Positions 7,612 to 12,735 of a stretch of DNA of 12,735 nucleotides are shown piece by piece (within the stretch, counting starts at the first letter, position 1; each line of letters begins with the position of its first letter). This DNA comes from a bacterium. Lineage in GTDB: Bacteria; Zhuqueibacterota; Zhuqueibacteria; Oceanimicrobiales; Oceanimicrobiaceae. The position numbers and the translations under genes were made by a program. The notes under the pieces are model-generated. The model was not told the origin of the DNA, did no database searches, and worked only from the letters and a program-made list of their open reading frames with translations. Location: contig JBHHXT010000133.1 of assembly GCA_046757165.1 (NCBI GenBank), forward strand, positions 1-12,735. The letters are read 5' to 3'.

Positions 7612-7821
7612 ATGAAACTGCAATCCTTACCTCAGATCGAAAAATCGATTGAAGCATTGCCTTATGTGGAGCAGATCAAATTGATTGAAAGAATTGTGCA
7701 CCGTCTGCGCCAAGAATTACCCGGCGCCAACACCCAGAAACAAACCGGATTTGAAAAACGACTTGCAGTAATGGCAGCGGATTTTCAAATCCAATCTGAG
7801 CTGCGAAATATTTCCATCTGA
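7612..7821 (+). CDS. Small helical hypothetical protein resembling putative antitoxins; possibly truncated
   Basis: MKLQSLPQIEKSIEALPYVEQIKLIERIVHRLR...LAVMAADFQIQSELRNI. The 'LP..EQL.LIE.L' and 'MAAD.EIQ.EL' patterns recall small proteins that precede PemK/MazF toxins (recognition from memory). It fills the kinase-regulator gap and ends 4 bp before the next ATG. Confidence 0.5.
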   Translation: MKLQSLPQIEKSIEALPYVEQIKLIERIVHRLRQELPGANTQKQTGFEKRLAVMAADFQIQSELRNISI

Positions 7822-7825
7822 ATTT

Positions 7826-9220
<1,395 letters not shown>

Positions 9221-9235
9221 TGTCGCACCTTCGCG

Positions 9236-9276
9236 GGGATTGCTTCGCCGCAATGAACGCGGGATTCGCAATGACA
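9236..9276 (-). repeat. GTCATTGCGA...GAAGCAATC-type REP-like element
   Basis: The minus strand reads TGTCATTGCGAATCCCGCGTTCATTGCGGCGAAGCAATCCC, matching the widespread GTCATTGCGA-N-GAAGCAATC intergenic repeat pattern, 15 bp after the regulator stop. Confidence 0.65.
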
Positions 9277-9514
9277 GCCCTGGGGCGGGAACAAACGCCA
9301 CACTTTGTGCTCTTTTCGCCCATTCATTCTTAACCACCTATTTAACCAAGAGTTACTCATCCTTCGCGTTTGAACAACCTGACAAGCTTTGTGCGGTTCG
9401 TTCCCCCCCGCCCTTTCAAGACTCAAACACAACTCAAAGAACCACATCATTCCAATTCCTAATAAAACAGCAGCTTAAGCCACCTCTTTTCACCTGAGTC
9501 AAAGCAGAACAGCT

Positions 9515-9530
9515 TTGGCATCGAGTTTGT
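9515..9530 (+). promoter_or_regulatory. Putative sigma54 (-24/-12) promoter
   Basis: TTGGCATCGAGTTTGT versus consensus YTGGCACGNNNTTGC. GG at 9517-9518, exactly 10 nt, then GT in place of GC. It lies about 300 bp downstream of a sigma54 activator gene. Confidence 0.6.
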
Positions 9531-9567
9531 CTTGGTTAACTCCTCAAAGTTCCGTGAAAATTCTGTG

Positions 9568-9942
9568 GTGAATAACTTGCAAACTATCTTAGTCGTCGAC
9601 GATGACTTCGCCATGCGCCGCGGCATCGCCCTCACCTTGCGCGGAGATGGCTATACCGTGTTTGAAGCGGAGGACAGCACGACAGCCCTGCAATTGCTGC
9701 ATGAAAACAGCATTGAACTGGCCGTTGTGGACTTGTTTCTACTAGGACGAGATGGGCTGGAACTCGCTGAGAGTCTTCTGAAACTCAGCCCGCCCACTAA
9801 GATTCTGATGGTCACAGCTCACGGTGAGCATGAGCGGGCCAAAGAGGCGCAAGACCAGTTCGGGGAAAACTTTTTGGATAAATCGCAACTCGACAAGCTT
9901 TTGCTCAAGAAAGTGCAGAGGCTTTTCGAGAGTGTGAGATAA
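9568..9942 (+). CDS. Single-domain response regulator (CheY-like receiver); start uncertain (GTG 9565/9568 or TTG 9577)
   Basis: ILVVDDD, phosphoacceptor in AVVDLF, DGLEL, MVTAHG and FLDK; no output domain. Confidence 0.88.
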   Translation: MNNLQTILVVDDDFAMRRGIALTLRGDGYTVFEAEDSTTALQLLHENSIELAVVDLFLLGRDGLELAESLLKLSPPTKILMVTAHGEHERAKEAQDQFGENFLDKSQLDKLLLKKVQRLFESVR

Positions 9943-10072
9943 AATAGATTCCTGGAATACTCGGTTGGCCGTTGGCTTTTCGCCTTTGGCTCCTAATTTT
10001 TTGGAATTTACGTCGTGATTATCATTCCACCCGTCAGGTGACGTGCAATAACTTACAATCGGAGGTAGAACT

Positions 10073-12457
10073 ATGTACAGCCTTAATATCTGTGTCTTGA
10101 AGAGGCAGGCAATTGCATTGCTTCTCGGCTTTCTTATGACCGTTGCTGTTCGCGCCGAAAATCCAAACAGAAAATACGTAAAGACAGATGCAAAAAGAGG
10201 GGCGTCAAGGGAAACGGCGCCAAAAAGTAAGAGACTCCATAAAAGTTCTGCTTTCCTGGTGGCGGAGATTGAGCCTAATAATACAACGCAAGAGGCGCAG
10301 GTGCTGACAGGCGCTTCTCCCCTGGTGGTGAGCGGCAACGCAGAAGTCTCGGACGACGGCGAGCTTTTCGTCGATGACGATGATCTCGAGGACCTGTTCA
10401 GGGTCACGACGACCGCGACGGGCATCACCATCACGCTTGACAATTTCACTTCAGATTGCGACCTCTGGTTAATCGATCCGGATGACTTGAGTGTCTTGGA
10501 CGCGTCCTTGACCATCGCTGCTACGGAGCCTGAAGTCATTGACAACGCAGAACTGCCTGCGGGGACGTACTTGATCGGCGTCACTATTTTCGATCCGGAC
10601 CCACTCGGCCCGGACAATACTCCTTACGAACTTACAATAACCGGAGAATTTGGCGGCGGTACACCGGGCGCAACGCCCGCCGGCACACTTGTTTACCACC
10701 AAATCACCTCCTTCAGCGAAAGTCAGGTAGGAGGCCAGGGCTGGCAGCATGTGCTCAGCGACAACGGCGGGCATGTGGTGTGGTACAAACAAAGGAACCC
10801 CAAAGGCGTTTTTACAGCGAACGCAGATGGCAGCAATATTCGGGAAGTAGCTAACCTGGACACAGGCCCTTTGTCACAAGTAGATATTAGCGCCGACGGC
10901 TCCAGAATTGCCTATATTGGTAGCCCTCCCTTTACTGGTCCACAGGTTCATACTGTCAATGCGGATGGCAGCAACGATCGGATCTTGCTTGCTCTCAATA
11001 GAAGTATCGGGACGCTTCGGCTCACAGGTGACGGCAGTAAGGTTTTTGTTAATGTGTCTAGCGATGCGAGAATCCAGGGTTCCGGTGACCTGATTGAGCG
11101 TGGGGTCTATTCTATCAATCTTGATAGCAGCGGCTTACAACAGGTGGTTGGGCCCGCGAGCATCGCCGGCCTGCTTGGCATTGCCGCAAGCGATGTGAGA
11201 TTCGATGGTTTCACTCGAGGTCCGGTGGTGGATGTTTCCTTTGACGGCGCCCGCTTTGTTTTTGTCGCCAAGACTACGCAAACCGGGGAACGCCACGTTT
11301 TTACGGCCAACGGCGACGGTTCGGGCGTGCGCCGCATTTTCAGTCCCCCACCTACAACTCCAATAGAAGTCGGCATGAGCCGCAATGGTGCGAAGGTGGC
11401 ATTCATCGTGACTGTCGGCGGTAATCGTGAAGGTTATACCTCGAATTTTGATGGCTCGCAGCTCCTGAAGATTGCATCAAATGAGCAGTTCTTTTTTACG
11501 GGTTCATTCGGAAATGACGTAGGTGATCAGATTTCCCTGACCGCGGACGGTTCAAAAGTGATATTCAATGGCAGCTTCGGGCATTTGTTCAACAGCGACG
11601 GCAGCGGGGTCGTGCAGCTTTCCGCCAACGCCGCTGCACCGGCTGGATTCCCTCTCATCGTCGGCAGTCTCGCACGAGCAACCATGAGCAGCGATGGCGC
11701 CCGGGTTCTCTTTTCTTTCAAGAGCCCTGAAAACCGATGGCAGTTGGCGACGTTGGATATCAATCCTGCCAGCCTCGGAGAAGCGCCCGCTCTCACGGAC
11801 ATCACCGTCAACCCTGATGTTGTGGCTGTGAACGGTGCATCGAATGCGACCATTCGCGTCAAGGTTAGCCCCGCAAATAACGTCTCCTATGTGGGCAACG
11901 TGGCCCTGCTCAACGGGCTGCGGGATTCCAAAGTAACGAATCGGAGGTTTTTTGATGATGGCGTTTCAGCCGGCGATGATGTGGCGGGGGACGGGATTTT
12001 TACCCATAACGCAATCTCGGCATTTTCCGATGCGGAAATCGGCCCGCGCATTCTGCGCATCACTGCTGAAGTTTTTTCCGCGGACAGCCGTTTGCACGGC
12101 ACGGCCGTGGCTGTTGAACCGTTCGCCGTTGTGCAGAATCCGCCCGTGAGTGTCGAGACCCCGGCAGGGAATATCCCCAATACATTTTCTCTCAGCCCAA
12201 ACTACCCCAACCCGTTCAATCCGGAGACGCGCATCGACTTTGTCTTGCCGAACTCCGCCAATATTCGCCTGGTGGTCTTCAATTTATTGGGACAGCAAAT
12301 CAGAACTCTGATTCGTGAGAAAAAAGGGGCCGGTACTTTCAGCGTGGTCTGGGACGGCCGAATGGACAATGGGCAACAGGCCGCTTCGGGGGTTTATATC
12401 TATCGGCTGCAAGCTGAGCGATTTGTACAAAGCAGGAAGCTGCTGTTGCTGAGGTAA
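10073..12457 (+). CDS. Secreted multidomain protein: signal peptide, acidic PPC-like domain, TolB/PD40-like beta-propeller, choice-of-anchor X-like domain, FlgD-Ig/T9SS type A sorting domain (794 aa)
   Basis: GGAGG RBS at 10061-10065; signal peptide ending AVRA; EIEPNNT..EAQ...YELTITG; seven 'S.DG.+V.F'-type repeats; FFDDGVSAGDDVAGDGIFT; C-terminal FSLSPNYPNPFNPET...VWDGRMDNGQQAASGVYIYRL...SRKLLLLR. Confidence 0.9.
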   Translation: MYSLNICVLKRQAIALLLGFLMTVAVRAENPNRKYVKTDAKRGASRETAPKSKRLHKSSAFLVAEIEPNNTTQEAQVLTGASPLVVSGNAEVSDDGELFVDDDDLEDLFRVTTTATGITITLDNFTSDCDLWLIDPDDLSVLDASLTIAATEPEVIDNAELPAGTYLIGVTIFDPDPLGPDNTPYELTITGEFGGGTPGATPAGTLVYHQITSFSESQVGGQGWQHVLSDNGGHVVWYKQRNPKGVFTANADGSNIREVANLDTGPLSQVDISADGSRIAYIGSPPFTGPQVHTVNADGSNDRILLALNRSIGTLRLTGDGSKVFVNVSSDARIQGSGDLIERGVYSINLDSSGLQQVVGPASIAGLLGIAASDVRFDGFTRGPVVDVSFDGARFVFVAKTTQTGERHVFTANGDGSGVRRIFSPPPTTPIEVGMSRNGAKVAFIVTVGGNREGYTSNFDGSQLLKIASNEQFFFTGSFGNDVGDQISLTADGSKVIFNGSFGHLFNSDGSGVVQLSANAAAPAGFPLIVGSLARATMSSDGARVLFSFKSPENRWQLATLDINPASLGEAPALTDITVNPDVVAVNGASNATIRVKVSPANNVSYVGNVALLNGLRDSKVTNRRFFDDGVSAGDDVAGDGIFTHNAISAFSDAEIGPRILRITAEVFSADSRLHGTAVAVEPFAVVQNPPVSVETPAGNIPNTFSLSPNYPNPFNPETRIDFVLPNSANIRLVVFNLLGQQIRTLIREKKGAGTFSVVWDGRMDNGQQAASGVYIYRLQAERFVQSRKLLLLR

Positions 12458-12639
12458 TCTGCTATGGCAATCTGTCTATGGGAAATGGCTTGCGTTTCAG
12501 TTTCGCAATTCTTACCTTTTTTGAACTTTCAGCCAACCAATATCATAGACAATAAATGGCGATGGAATGGTCCACGGGACGGCTGGCGCCGCCGGTGACA
12601 CAGGTCGCCAGGTGTTTTGGGATGGGATAAGTAGAAAAG

Positions 12640-12735
12640 ATGTCGACTGTCGAAGATTAACTTCAAGAAATGGTTGATCGAGAAACGAAGGCATGGGATA
12701 CACAGGATGCAGAGGTACTCATCTCGATCTTCCAT
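12640..12735 (+). pseudogene. 5' part of an NTF2/SnoaL-like (DUF4440-type) gene with an in-frame stop; runs off the window
   Basis: Not in the ORF track. The frame from ATG 12640 reads MSTVED*LQEMVDRETKAWDTQDAEVLISIFH. 'AW...D.E.L.S.FH' is the typical NTF2-like N-terminus. It could alternatively start at ATG 12670. Confidence 0.6.

Noticed and set aside
9961..10005. Second sigma54 promoter before the secreted protein (three TTGGC motifs)
   Set aside because: None has GC, or even G, at the required GG-N10 position.
9742..10617. 291-aa antisense ORF and other short overlapping ORFs across the window
   Set aside because: They overlap well-supported genes, have Ser/Arg-biased composition, and show no family motifs.
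12456..12522. Intrinsic terminator or tandem repeat after the secreted protein (AATCTGCTATGG / AATCTGTCTATGG; TTGCG...CGCAA)
   Set aside because: The stem is only 5 bp and separated from the T-run, and the repeat is too short to interpret.
12512..12735. Two minus-strand ORFs (63 and 68 aa)
   Set aside because: No protein-like features; the + strand frame gives a recognisable NTF2-like sequence instead.

Overview
Bacterial genomic window. The FlgD-Ig/T9SS-type C-terminal domain ('NYPNPFNP...WDG...SGVYIY') points to an FCB-group lineage such as KSB1, Calditrichota or Ignavibacteria (inference). Left to right: REP-like palindromes; a minus-strand DUF885 lipoprotein; an AT-rich Phd/YefM-RelE/ParE toxin-antitoxin pair bounded by integron-cassette-like core sequences; a broken IS110-family element with only the N-terminal DEDD domain left plus a long structured non-coding right end (candidate bridge-RNA remnant); and a truncated pRiA4b ORF-3 gene. 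Then comes an apparently intact signalling locus: an orphan family-5 solute-binding lipoprotein, a dCache-HAMP histidine kinase, a small antitoxin-like ORF and a sigma54 NtrC-type activator. A sigma54-like promoter follows, ahead of a stand-alone receiver resembling the activator's receiver and a T9SS-type secreted beta-propeller protein. The window ends in the start of an NTF2/SnoaL-like gene with an in-frame stop. The best candidate for an undescribed system is the binding-protein-gated sigma54 circuit controlling a secreted propeller protein; the IS110 non-coding end abutting an attC-like core is the runner-up. All family calls come from motif recognition by eye, not from searches.
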